NCBI RefSeq assembly: GCF_009834535.1
Contig: NC_045696.1
Span: 78,246,001 to 78,310,000 of the forward strand
Source of the DNA: Camelus ferus
Lineage: Eukaryota
Direction of reading: 5' to 3'
Length of the DNA: 64,000 nt
The notes below the pieces were generated by a model. It was given only the letters and a program-made list of their open reading frames with translations, ran no database searches and was not told the DNA's origin. This document shows positions 13,403 through 25,094 of this stretch, in pieces; the first letter of the stretch is position 1, and every line of letters begins with the position of its first letter. The translations under genes and the position numbers were made by a program.

Positions 13403-13949
13403 GGACATAATCATAAGTGAAAAGAATCAGTGATATCTTAGAGCTAGAGGGGACTAAATATCATCTTGAGAAGTTTCCATCCTCAATCTGCAGGATTCAA
13501 TAGATTGTTATGTTATTTCTAATTTAACAGAAGTACAAGTTTACAGCCCTGATTCTTAAGTTCTTTCGAACTGACCCCAAATCTGTCTTCCTCACTGATG
13601 CCCAGTTTTGTTAACCCATAATAAGTGTATTTCCCCTTTCAAACAGTTGGATAACCCTTAGGCCTCTACTAAATCTTATCTTCTCCAAGTAAAGTAACCC
13701 CACTTCTTTCTTACATGACATAATTTCAACACAACTCACATCCCCCCAATTTTCTGAGGGTACATTAACTCTTATATGTACTCAGAATTTAAGATAACAT
13801 TCTCAATTGGATGTGGCCATAATAAAATACGATGGAGTATTAATTCCTTTCAACTGAACTGGTATTATTTTTAGAGGCTCACTATATTAAAGAAACTTGA
13901 TTATATAGTATTCAGTTGTGGCTCATATTACAAAACAGTTTAATCAACA

Positions 13950-14980
13950 CCCGTTCTCAGCAGCTTCTTCCCTTGTCTTCCTGTTAGGGTCCAGAAAGCT
14001 AAAAGCTTGATTTCACCCTCTCACGCAGCTAGGAGACAGTAAGTGATATAATTCTAGCTAATGAAGTATAAAAAGCTCTCTGCTAGGGATAAATCTCCTT
14101 TCTCAATAAAAGAGTGAAACTTCATCAGGAAAAAACAATGTTGTCTTTCCTTTTTTTCCTGCCTGGAAGGCAGACATCATACATGGAAGTTTAGCAGTTA
14201 TTTTGTGACAGTGGGGCCACAACCACAAACAGAGAGGAAAGACAAAAATAGTGGAATCCCTGATGACAGCAGTAAGCAGCTACAGCAGCCCAGGACCACC
14301 CATTTCTGGTCTTCTGGTTATATCAGAAAAATCAACCTCTGTTTTTAAAACCACTGTAACTGTTAGGCAGTTAGATAGAAATGAGCACCGGGTAAGGGGA
14401 GACAAAGGGGGAAGGAGCAACCCAGAAAATAACAGTACACCTGCGCTCAGGATATGGGGCTCCAAAATTTTTACTTTCTGTAAATGAGGGCCAGCAAAGA
14501 AACTGGCTAGGACTGAACACTGAGGCTGCACAGTAGACAAAAGGACCCAGCTTAACTTGACCTAATGTGCATTATAATGTAATTAACATCACAGTTTGAG
14601 CCCCCTCCCATAGGTATCTCTGTGTGCATCATGAGTAAGGACACACACAGAACAGATGGGCGTGCCTGAGCACAAGGAACATAAGCCATGAATCAATCAA
14701 TCACAAAAAACTGCCCCCTAAGCCAGGATATAAGACAGACGAAACAAAGGAGCAGCACCATATTTCCTCTCTTGGATTGTCCTGCCCCCAATTCTTGGGG
14801 TGCACTATATTTTACTACCTTTTTATTTCACTAATAAAATCTTCTGTTTATATCACTGCTCTCTCTTGTTAAAAATTCATTTTTTTCAGGTGACTAAGAA
14901 CCGAGGTAACTTTTATTCCCCTCATCCTGGTAACATAACTAGATTTTCTGTTACTTGTAAATGAATGCATTCCAAACTTA
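13950..14980 (+). mobile_element. MaLR LTR (MLT1I/J/K-like) split by a younger LTR
   Basis: cctgcctggaa...tccctgatgac...aaccactg before 14361, resuming ttttctgttacttg after 14935. Confidence 0.6.
14361..14935 (+). mobile_element. ERV1-class solo LTR
   Basis: TGTTA...TAACA termini, TATA-like gatataag, AATAAA at ~14833, 4-bp TSD TAAC on both sides. Confidence 0.85.
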
Positions 14981-15252
14981 CCCTGTTATTTTTCTAATAG
15001 AGACTACAGCTTGGGGAGCTAAATAGTCTGTCAAAGGCCACTTGTCTAGTAGAAGAACCAAAAACTCTAACTCAGCTTTCTTGCTACCAGATGGTTCTGC
15101 CATTTTACACAATGTTGCCATTCTAAGGGTGTAATATGAATGCTCCATTTTAAATATAAAGATAATCTCAATGTTAAAACTGTTAGAGATGTGATTAAAA
15201 AATACATGCTCTGGCACATGAAACTATCTACAAATTAAAATAGAAACCATAC

Positions 15253-15502
15253 TTGGTATATTTCGGGATACTCAAGTGAAAGATTCAGTTATGGTCATAA
15301 AATGCAACCCTATAAATAAACCAAGTGACATATAAGTAGTCCCTGAGAAATGCCACTCTGGTGTAACCAGAACGGTCGTCTCTTTTCCTTGTTTCACTAA
15401 ATCGCCTACTTTGGCTCATCCATAAAAGCAGTTTTAGTAGTTAAATTTCTACTTTCAATGATGGCTTTTAATGAACAATTTTAAGTTATCCCAGTAAGCA
15501 CA
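15253..15502 (-). pseudogene. Fossil exon, AAA1 Walker B / sensor I region
   Basis: Acceptor poly(T)-cAG. VLTGIT*NCSLKAIIES (cf. 'F.GLA..GAW.CFDE'). After a frameshift: KVGDLVKQGKETTVL...LGLFIGL...SRNIP (cf. 'IFITMNP...R.ELP'). Confidence 0.55.
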
Positions 15503-15652
15503 CTGAAAAAAAAAAAACTGTTTCATTGTGATCCTGAAACAAGAAAAATCCTTGGGGGCCCTTCTCAACATTTTTGAAAATGTGGTAGAGAACAATTTTT
15601 GCTTTCTTCTACACAGCCATTTTCTCCCTTTCCACAATAGGCATAAACTTAC

Positions 15653-15741
15653 CAATCTGATCTTAACTCTAAAAGACATTTTCCTGGTAGACAATCCCTA
15701 GTTTGAACAAAAATCCTTCACCTGACATTCTTTGCCATTTT
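15653..15741 (-). pseudogene. Fossil exon, second half of AAA1 Walker A
   Basis: Long polypyrimidine tract but the AG is lost (cttcaa). Donor ttg|GTAAGT. NGKECQVKDFCSN*GL matches 'TGKTETVKDLAKALG'. Confidence 0.65.
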
Positions 15742-16484
15742 TGAAGAAGGGGAAAAAACAAAACCCACACACAATGCATAACCGAAGGGAAATAAAGAGG
15801 ATAGCCTTCAATTACATTTCATTTTCAACTTATCAAAAAGCCATCGAAATTAAAGCACAAATCCCACTACCAAAGACACAGTAAAAGGTTGGAAGAATAT
15901 TCTAAAGGTCACATTATCTTAATGAAGTGCCACTTCCTGACAACATGGCCGTGATATTGGAGTAATAGACTCCATTTAGTGGGGAATGCTCTGTGAAATC
16001 CATGCCCTCTGCACTCTAAACAAAGACATTGGTAATTTTCTAAAAAGGTCACACACAAATGTGTTATTTAAAACTAGGCATTTAGGCATTTGCCAGTTGT
16101 GAATATATGAAAGGTGAATATCAGATACAGGTATTGGGAAAAACTAAAATGCCAGAGCTTTTCATCTATACTTTAATCATATAAAATGGTGTCAGGTAAT
16201 TTCACTCTTTGATCTATAGCATTTTATCAAAATATTAAAGGGAAAACTATGCCGAAGATTTTAATAAGATTTTATCTAAAACCTGACTCACTCAAATTTG
16301 GAAGTGAATTTGGGTAAACTGACATAGTTTACATAGTGTCTGATTTATTTTAGGTTTTGTGGGGCAGAAAGTTGCATGTTTATATATGTACCACAACTTT
16401 AAGTACACTCTCAATAAATATTTAAAGAATGAAATTATTACAGACCTATCAATCAGATAAGAAAAAAACAGAAGCTTTACTTAC

Positions 16485-16534
16485 CAAAGTCCCTGACTGA
16501 ACAACCACCATTGTCACACTGCTGAAGGAAATAC
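16485..16534 (-). pseudogene. Fossil exon, first half of AAA1 Walker A
   Basis: Perfect ttg|GTAAGT donor. FLQQCDNGGCSVRDFG corresponds to 'AL....GGAP.GPAG'. Confidence 0.55.
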
Positions 16535-16994
16535 CTATTCTATTTCATTTTCATAAAGCTCATTTGGTATAGGTGGAAAGAGGGTAAAACAATTGATAGT
16601 GGCTTTTAATTTTATAGATCTATAGAAATATGATGATCAAATAAATCTGTTCTAAGAACATGAAAAAGGCAATATTTTAAAACTTGAAAAATCAGAGATT
16701 TAATAAGTAAAAGCTGGAAAACTAGTTAGTAACATCAGAAACAGTCATCTTAAACACTTAATACACAATAATCAGGAACATAAATCCCAGATTGATTTTA
16801 AAAGTTTTGTATAAATTAAAGAAAAATTAATTTTTAGTTAATTTCCCAGAATATATATATACACACACATGTGTTGTATGTGTGTATAGAACAGGATTGT
16901 AAAAATTAATCAGGCAGTGAACAGATTCAGAAAACTTTAAAAAAATTTCCAAAGTTGAAAAAAATGTAAAGGATAGATAAAACAGTGAACAGAA

Positions 16995-17430
16995 AGATAC
17001 TTGAGTTTCTCATATTTCTGCACCTCTAGTGAAACAAGGCACTGATTGCCTTTTGTTCTGAACTGTTTTTTCAAGGATTATTTGAATATTAAGCCTTAGA
17101 AAATAGGGATACTGTTTCTCTTCAGAGCGAAAGGTTGGTTTGCTTATAGCCTTGGAAGACAGAGATGGCGTTTACCTCCAGAGCAGAGGGCTTCATGCCC
17201 ACTTGAGAAGATCCCAGTCCTCTAAGCTCAGAGTTTCTCTGATGTTTGAGCAATCACCCCATGGGACTTAGAAGGGAACTGACACAAATGTACTGTAGAC
17301 CACTTGTGATGCTGTGAGTAATACATTTCTAAGTCTCTAACCCAGAGTCTTTTGTATCTACGAAACTTTGGCAGGCTAGCTTGTGAGCTGAAAGTAGGTT
17401 AAAATCTCAGACCATTCATAGTTTTTGACA
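16995..17430 (+). mobile_element. ERV solo LTR (family not assigned) within old L1 sequence
   Basis: 3' end aaaatctcagacc...gtttttgaCA, preceded by a degenerate polyA-signal region. Confidence 0.5.
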
Positions 17431-18110
17431 AAATAAAATGGACACCAGTAAAGACCAAATTAGTAACCTAAAAGACAAGTAATCAAAAACATCTCTCCAT
17501 ATGTGAGGGAAAATGAGAAAAGAACGATCTATCTATACATCCATCCATATATATACATAGTCTAAGGTCCTGGAGATCCCTAAGACAGGATAGGAATACT
17601 AGGAGTTAACAAAGATAATGAAGGAAAACAGAGAACAAATGAACTAATAGAAATTTTCTTGGAAAAGGTATTTATGGCTTGAGATAGAGTAAACATTGAG
17701 TGCTATCAGTATAAAAATAAGACTCAAACTTAGTTATATAACAAATTTCAGAAGTTCAAAGAAATAAGAGAAAATTCTAAATGTTTTTATAGAAAAACAG
17801 ATTTTCTACAAAGGAATAAGAACCAAACAACTAAAAGAGGTCTTATTAGCCAAGTTTTATGTTAGAAGATAAAGTCTTCATGGTTGGAGCTGGATTAGAG
17901 AAATAAAATATAACCTGAGGAATCTATAAATATTTAAAACATCAGCCTATTATGAAGGGAAAATAAAAGCATTTTCAAACATTAAAAAAAATAGAAAGTT
18001 TATCCCTTGACTTTACATCACTACAATCACTCAAGGAGAAACTTCAACAAAATGAAAAAAAAAAAAAAAAAAAAAAACCAGTAACAAAAAGAAAAATCCA
18101 GACTATAAAA
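17431..18110 (+). mobile_element. Degraded L1/HAL1 ORF1-like region
   Basis: A-rich; ctacaaaggaataagaacc..., gaagggaaaataaaagcattttca typical of the L1 ORF1 C-terminus. Confidence 0.5.
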
Positions 18111-18544
18111 AGCAGTACTAATTAAGATCCAAGAGTGAAAAATGCTAGGGGAAAAAAACTCAAGAAAGACCTGCTACACCTTGATATGTTTAAGATTCTC
18201 TTCTATCTACATTTTGTATAGATTCAATCAAGCAACATGGCCCTACAGAAAAGAGTAACTATATAAACATAGTATTGTAAAGTTCATTAGTTTCCAACAG
18301 TTGAACACCCAGTCTACCAATTGCACTTACTAAAAAAATATCAAATGATAGAGGCATGGCTTTTTAATTTTACATTGGGGCATTCTCAGAAACCAAAAAT
18401 ACCTAAAGCTATTATAAAATTAGTAGGTTCCTTTAAAACTGTCAACAATCTACGTGTCACTTGGAACACCATCAACAATTAAAACTAGAACCTCCTCCCT
18501 TTATAAATGCTCAAAGACATCAGATTTTATGCTCTAAAAGTTAC

Positions 18545-18875
18545 CAGTGACAAACACATGCATTTTCTAGGCTTAAGACTGTATGGGTTTTCATGAATGT
18601 TTTGAGTTTTTTGTGGCAGCTCAAAACTCATAATGAATGAATTACCACAAAGACAACAGTTGCAGTGTTTCCTTGCAAAACATGAGATAGATAATACGAT
18701 AGATAAGAAGTCCATTTATAGTCTGAATATTTGAACAAATATGAGGTAGCAACAGAGGCAACACAAACACCGTAACAGGAGGATGGTCTCTGACTGATGG
18801 AGGAAGAGACTGCATTCCACTCATTATTTTCATCTCTGATACGTTTGATTCCTGTTTAAGATCTGATATTGAGAC
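18545..18875 (-). pseudogene. Fossil exon, pre-AAA1 segment
   Basis: Strong acceptor ttttctatttcattttAG, donor ctg|GTAACT. Across frameshifts: EMKIMSG / SLFLHQSETILLL / KYSDYKWTSYLSYY / CNCCLCGNSF / KCMCLSL. Matches 'K..AL.T..VH.RD....DFEW..QLRYY...C.V.....F.Y.YEY....TDRCY.TL'. Confidence 0.65.
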
Positions 18876-21377
18876 CTAAAATGAAATAGAAAAGTCCCTT
18901 TTGGAAGCAACTGTAAAGATATACTCCATTCTTTACCACCAATTAATATGTATCTCTAAAGCCTACATGTGTACATAAAGCTCAGAGGGAATGAAGTGAG
19001 AATCTAACCAAAGTAAGGATCTAACAAAGTGTCCCTGGCTAAACATGTTAAAGAAATGCATGGAAACCATGCTTCTGAGGGTGCTCATCTCTTTGTATTT
19101 TAGAAGGATTCTTGTCTGAGTGTCATCCATGAGCAAAGGGTTACGAGGACTCACTAAACAGATAAGTTACTATTATGGTCCTGATAATGGCTTCCAGCAA
19201 TCTTAACAAAAGTTCAAAGATCTCAAAGTTGTGTGCAGTTGATGACTAGAGGGTGTTTAGAGAAAGAAGGAAAACTCTGAGGAAAACTGCAAGTCATTCT
19301 GCACACATATATCCCCCCAAACAGCAAACACTGAACATGGCTTCCTCCACCTCCGGAGAACAAATGTAGATTTTCTTATATACCAACATCTTAGAGGCAC
19401 TCAAAGCATTAATTATACTGGATTTATTTTGTACAAAAATTGCAAATGAATAAAAGTAGACTCTAAAAGGTTGTTCATCATAATGTATTCTAGACAGCAG
19501 ACCTAGAAAACATAGCATCAGCATGAAAAGTGAATTTTCAGACTGAAAAGTGCTATATCCACAATATGCAAAATATCGATCATAATGTATTCCAAGAGGC
19601 AGTTGCAGAAAATAAGGCCATGGCATGAATAAAAAGCAACTTTTCAGGCTGACAGAAAAATTAAGGCAGCAAAGAGCAAATGAATAAAAATGTATTGTAA
19701 ATATGCAGTGGCATGCAGACACTGTATCTACAGTTACTTGGTGTGTGCTCAGGCATGGACATTTTCCGGGCCTTGGGTTGATGTGTGTTTTTAAATATGG
19801 GGTTCTGCATATCTTGGTGCAGGATTAATATTGTGTATCTTAAAAAAACCAAAGAATGAACACCCTTCACGGAGATTGAATATTATGTTGTGGACTTGCC
19901 TATAAAAGTATGAGAGAGAATTTTATAAGTAAATGGCTTTACTTTTTTATACAACTTCACAGTTTACAAAACCATTTCAAATTTATTATCTCAATTGATC
20001 CTTGAAATAATATACTTACGGTAGATGGAAAAGAAATTATTATTGTTATAGAGGTATAGAGGTAGAAAATGATACTCAGAAAACACCACCAAGTTAAGAG
20101 GTGGGGGTTGGGATGGGGCAGCGAGGTGCAAAGCAGGTCTTCAGACCTCTACTCTGGAGAATCCGTGTCTTCATCACTCTGACACTCTGAGGAAATGGTA
20201 CCTCTGAGGAGACTCTCACAGGCTACAAGGTGTAATTACATATCTAGTCCTTGATTCCACAAATACTTAGCACCTGTTTTATACTAAGCATGCTGCTAAA
20301 TGCTGGAAATGTAACAATAAGAAAACACAAAACAAAATCTGCCCTTGTTCTCATAAAGGTTACAGACTACTTGGGAGAGAAACAGCAATGACATTATTCC
20401 ACTAATTAGTTGGTTTCTGAGTTTTAGGTATTTTGATGGACAAATGGCGCCAATTTATTAAAACATGGTACTCGGAGAGGAACAGCTCGGAAAGAAATGA
20501 TTATAAATTTAGACTTGGACGTGTTAGTCCAGGAGTCTCTGCAACACCCAAAAAGAGACGTTAAATAGATTGACACGGGCTGGGGTTGAGCTGTATGTAT
20601 GGAAGAGAGTGAATGTATGTGTGTCTGTGTGTGTGTGTAATCACACACATGTGTGCATTCTTTTCTAAGTATAAGATTTATATAGCTCTGCCAAGTGAAA
20701 CTATGACGTCTCCACTGTTAGTACAGAGTGCTAGAATAAGCTTGCACAAAATTTATTCCCCTGGAAAACTAAAAGAATAAAAAATGAAAGAACAAATGAA
20801 TGAAAGAACAAGAAGATATGCAAATGCATCAAAGCCAGGTCTAAAGAAGTTTAAGTGGTGCAGGAAAATGGAATACAGCTCTCTTGCTGTCTACTCAACT
20901 CTTGGTACTCAGTAAACATTTCACAAACAGAACTTCCTGCAGTTAGAGCACCATGAACTGTTTTCTTCTGCTCACCTCTCTAGTAATTTTAAAACTAGCA
21001 AAATAATGGTAAATTGTCAAAATACTCAAGCACAAAGAATACAGAGTAGAACAGCATGTTTCCTATTTTTTTATGATTCATGACATTCAACTAAGAAAAA
21101 GTCTACATGAAAAATATGCCACATTTAAAATGAAAAACCTGAGAGCTCTGTGTAATTCCTTTCAAAATTTATAAATAATGTACTATAAGATATCTATGTG
21201 AAGAAAGCAAATATTTGTTTTCTTCCTTTAAAAAAGTGTTCAGTGTTTTCACTGACCAAGAAAAGGAATGCCCCTAGCTCACAACTTCATGTGATCCCAC
21301 CACATGACCAAGTCAACAAACAGAGTTACTTGTTTGTTCTGACTTGGTATAATTCTGCAATCACCCGTGGATAGAAC

Positions 21378-21498
21378 TGTGGTCATGTCCTGCTTTGGAC
21401 AGTCCCCATTTACACCTCTTGCTCCAACACAATTATTAATAGCACTTTTTTGCTTTCAAAAGTGTCCAAGTTTGCATGCTCAATTATTTGGTCACTAT
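21378..21498 (-). mobile_element. hAT-Blackjack MITE (MER81-like)
   Basis: attattaatagcac...tcaaaagtgtcc...ggtcacta. Confidence 0.65.
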
Positions 21499-22195
21499 AC
21501 ATGTGAAACTAAAAGAAGAAAAAATATGAAAGTCCTCAGCTCTTAAATCCAATAAAATTATGCCTTAGGTGAGTCTTACTTAAAATGTCCATAAACTCAC
21601 TTTTATTTATTCAATATAGAGCTGATTATTACAATAATTCCATGTAAAATCATTAACTTTTTTCACTCTTTAAAGTAGTGTTTTATAAGTTTTCCAAGAA
21701 TATAAATGTGCAAGTTTTTCTTTAGTATCCTTCCCAGGAATCTGAAAAAAATATTCTACTTAATGATTTTAAGTAAGGATTTCTAATATTTGACTTTTGC
21801 TTTAACAAAAATCTAGGCTCAAGATTTTGGACTGCCAATGACAACTAAAACCCCATGGCACTTTCTCCTCATCTAAGAGCAGCCTCTTTCAAATGATGAG
21901 AATCTACACTCTGAGTTAATAACTGGGCCAGGGTTAAGAGGGGGAAACAAGATACATTTGAGTTTTCATCCTTCCTGGCTTTCTTAAGTTTTTCCTCCCA
22001 GGCAGCAGAGGCTTCATTCATTCATTCAGTCTGATTCTGATTTCATAGCTCTGTCCAACCCAGGCCTGCATACATGCAGATACTCTTGCCTGCTTAATAC
22101 CAAGTTCTTTGCAGACCCATACAAACACTCCTGCATGGTCACTCCTGAGGACGAAGGTGCACATAGCAGCACTCAGTCCCTTTTAGAATGACGGA

Positions 22196-22247
22196 CCTAA
22201 GAAAGAGGCTCCAACAGGATGCCTAAGAAAAAGGCTCCAACAGGATG
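22196..22247 (+). repeat. 26-bp tandem duplication
   Basis: cctaagaaa(g/a)aggctccaacaggatg x2. Confidence 0.9.
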
Positions 22248-22492
22248 CAGTAGCAGGCATGAGGTCACTTGGGCAGCAAATTCTAGGTTCAGGTACCCAT
22301 AGAGCTCAGTCTGGGGGTGAGGGAACTCTGGGATCCACATGGGCCCAATTGTGAAGGAATCACTTGACCACAGAGCCCCAGTAACTTTGCCTATCTTTAT
22401 ATAAGCCGTATGGACAAGGCTTAACCCTAGCTAATCTAACTCCTGGTCAAACACCCTGTGATTCTCCGAAAATATGAAAACATAGGAGGCTT

Positions 22493-23001
22493 CATGGATG
22501 ACTAGAAAAAGAAGTTGTGGTGTATATATACAATGGAATACTAGTCAGCCATAAAAAAGAATAAAATAATGCCATTTGCAGCAAAATGAATGGACCTGGG
22601 GATCAACATATTAAGCCAGAAAGGGAAAGAAAAATACCATATGATATCACTTATATGTCGAATCTTAAAAAAAAAAAAAAGGACACAAATGAACTTATTT
22701 ATGAAATAGAGACAGACTCACAGACATGGAAACAAACATATGGTTACCAGGGGAGAAAAGGGGTGGGTAGAGGGATAAATTGAGAGTTCAGGATTTGTAG
22801 ATACTAACTACTATACATAAAATAAGCAACAAGGTCCTACTGTATAGCACAGGAAACTATATTCAATACCATGCAATAACAGCCTGTAATGAAAATGAAT
22901 ATGAAAAGGAATATATATGCATATAACTGAATCACTACGCTGTACACTAGAAATTAACACAACCTTGCAAATCAACTATTCTTCCATTAAAAAACAAAGA
23001 C
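22493..23001 (+). mobile_element. 5'-truncated lineage-specific L1
   Basis: End of ORF2 (tatatacaatggaatac...), 3' UTR and A-tail. TSD acataggaggctt at 22480-22492 and 23002-23014. Confidence 0.9.
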
Positions 23002-24254
23002 ACATAGGAGGCTTGAGAGGAGATGCTACCAAGGCCATTTCCTTCCCATCTCTCTATCTTCTAGAGATGCCATCATGAGAGAATTTCTGTCTAGGTTCCA
23101 CTGAGGTGTAAAGCTTTCTCTCCCCACGCCCTTCCACCTAGGGCACAGCTGCAGACTGCACTCAGCTTACACGTAGCACAGAAGCGTATCAGCACCAAGG
23201 TGCCCAGCACTCATGCTACTTCATCACATCATCCAGCCCCTTTGGTTTCAGTGTTGTCCTGGGAGCCAAGCCATGCAGAGAGACAGCACCTTGGTTCACC
23301 TGCTTTTGTTCTCTATGCGAGAAATAAGCTATCTGAATTTAAAAGAGAGTGTTGTTTCTTTACACGCTGAGTCTTTCGGCGTCCTGACTCCTCGAGTGAG
23401 AAGTTTGGCTACAGGAGGCCAGAGCAGAGTCCTAGGACCGGCCCGCGTTGTCAGCTCTCAGGAAGTACTGCCTGCCACGTGTACTTAGAGTAGCTCTCAA
23501 AGAACGAGAAAGAGATGGGTACAGAGGAGTGGCTGTGTGAGGATCCCGTGCAGAGAGAAAAGACACCGCAACTTAAGCCCAGGAGCAAACAGAAGTTATT
23601 TGAGGATATTTATGTCACTGTTGTTGAGTAGCAAGAAAGCTGAAAAAGCATGGTCTGCAAAATATAATATTGGCCAGTAGGAACATTAGGAAAGTATTTT
23701 ACTATAATATGAGAAAACTTTTAAAGTAGTAAAGGTTAAAAAAAAATAAAATAAAAACAGGTTACAAAACAGTATATCTTGTGTGAGCCTGATTTTGTAA
23801 AACAAAAGTATAGGTTGAAAGTCAGTATTTTTTAAATAAATATTCTATACTGTCAAAATGACCATAATTACCTTTATAATTAGAAAAAGAATATAAAATG
23901 GGTATAAATATAAAAGTGGTAAATATAAACATAAAACATAAAAATGGTCAGAAGACACTAAAGATAAATACTTAAACAAAATGTTGAAAGCTAATTTAGT
24001 AGCATGTTGATTCTAATTAAGATTTTAAACATTTACTCACTCCAGTGCATATTACCATAACTGAAATGAAAAATAAATTAAAGGAATTTATATGCTTTCC
24101 AAATTCCTGAACTAGTGAAATTATTGAGTATCCCTCCATCTTTTAATTAACTTCTTTTTTGAGTAGGAATACCTGCTTTACCTGCCCTCTCTAAACAACT
24201 TAAAGGCATGCATCCTTGAATTTCAGCAAGCAAAGCACATGCTGGCAGAGAGGA

Positions 24255-24395
24255 AGGGGTTTCCTAACATGTAGACTCTTGAGCTGCACCACAGAAATTC
24301 AGATTAGGTCAGGCTACCATAAGACCCTGGCATCTACATTTTCAATGAGCTTCCCAAATGATTCTGACACTGGAGATCTGGGGAACATACTTTGA
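24255..24395. mobile_element. MER5-type hAT-Charlie MITE
   Basis: gggcatctacatttt...cttcccaaatgattctga...catactttga. Confidence 0.55.
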
Positions 24396-25094
24396 AAGTT
24401 TTGAATAGCAGAAGAACCCTAATCAAACATAAATATGCCTTCTGTTTAACCAAATGTTTGAATTTCTTGAAGTCACATACTTCTAACCAGTGTCTTTTCC
24501 AGTTCTTAACACTCTGATATCATCACTGCTATATTCATCGAAAACACCTCCATTTCTAATTTTTTTTTCTTGCAAAAGAGAATCATAGCTTGCCTTTTTT
24601 AAAAAGTTTTTTTTGCTTATTGAGCAAATTTTACCAACAGAAGAGCACTGTCCCTGTTTAGAATGTTGAGGCAGGAGAAAAGGCCCACAGCATAAAATCA
24701 GATGCCCTTGTCCTCTGTCCCAGGCCTCCGCGTCTGGTCTTATCCTAAATCGCTCTCCCTCCCGTTGAGGGCACCCTTGCCTGACTGACTGAACTTAGAG
24801 TGGCCTTTCTCATGACCACTGTTTCTCTACTTTTAATTTTCTTCATCCTCTTCTTTCCCACCAACTTATAAAAGTTTATGCCCCACTTAAAGCTATTTTG
24901 AGATCCACTTTCTTCTTAAAACTTGCCTACTTAACAAACCAATTCATCTTACACCTAAACTCTACTGCATTAATAGGAACTTGACATATGCAACAGGTTG
25001 TGTAGAACTAACGTGCTCAAGGAGACACCCAGGGGTCCAGTTGCACCTGAGGAGTGATGGGGAAGGGTTGGTCATAGGGCAAATTATGCACCCT

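Noticed and set aside
19294..19722. 142-aa minus-strand ORF
   Set aside because: No recognisable motif or splice boundaries; F/C/L-rich composition typical of antisense AT-rich DNA.
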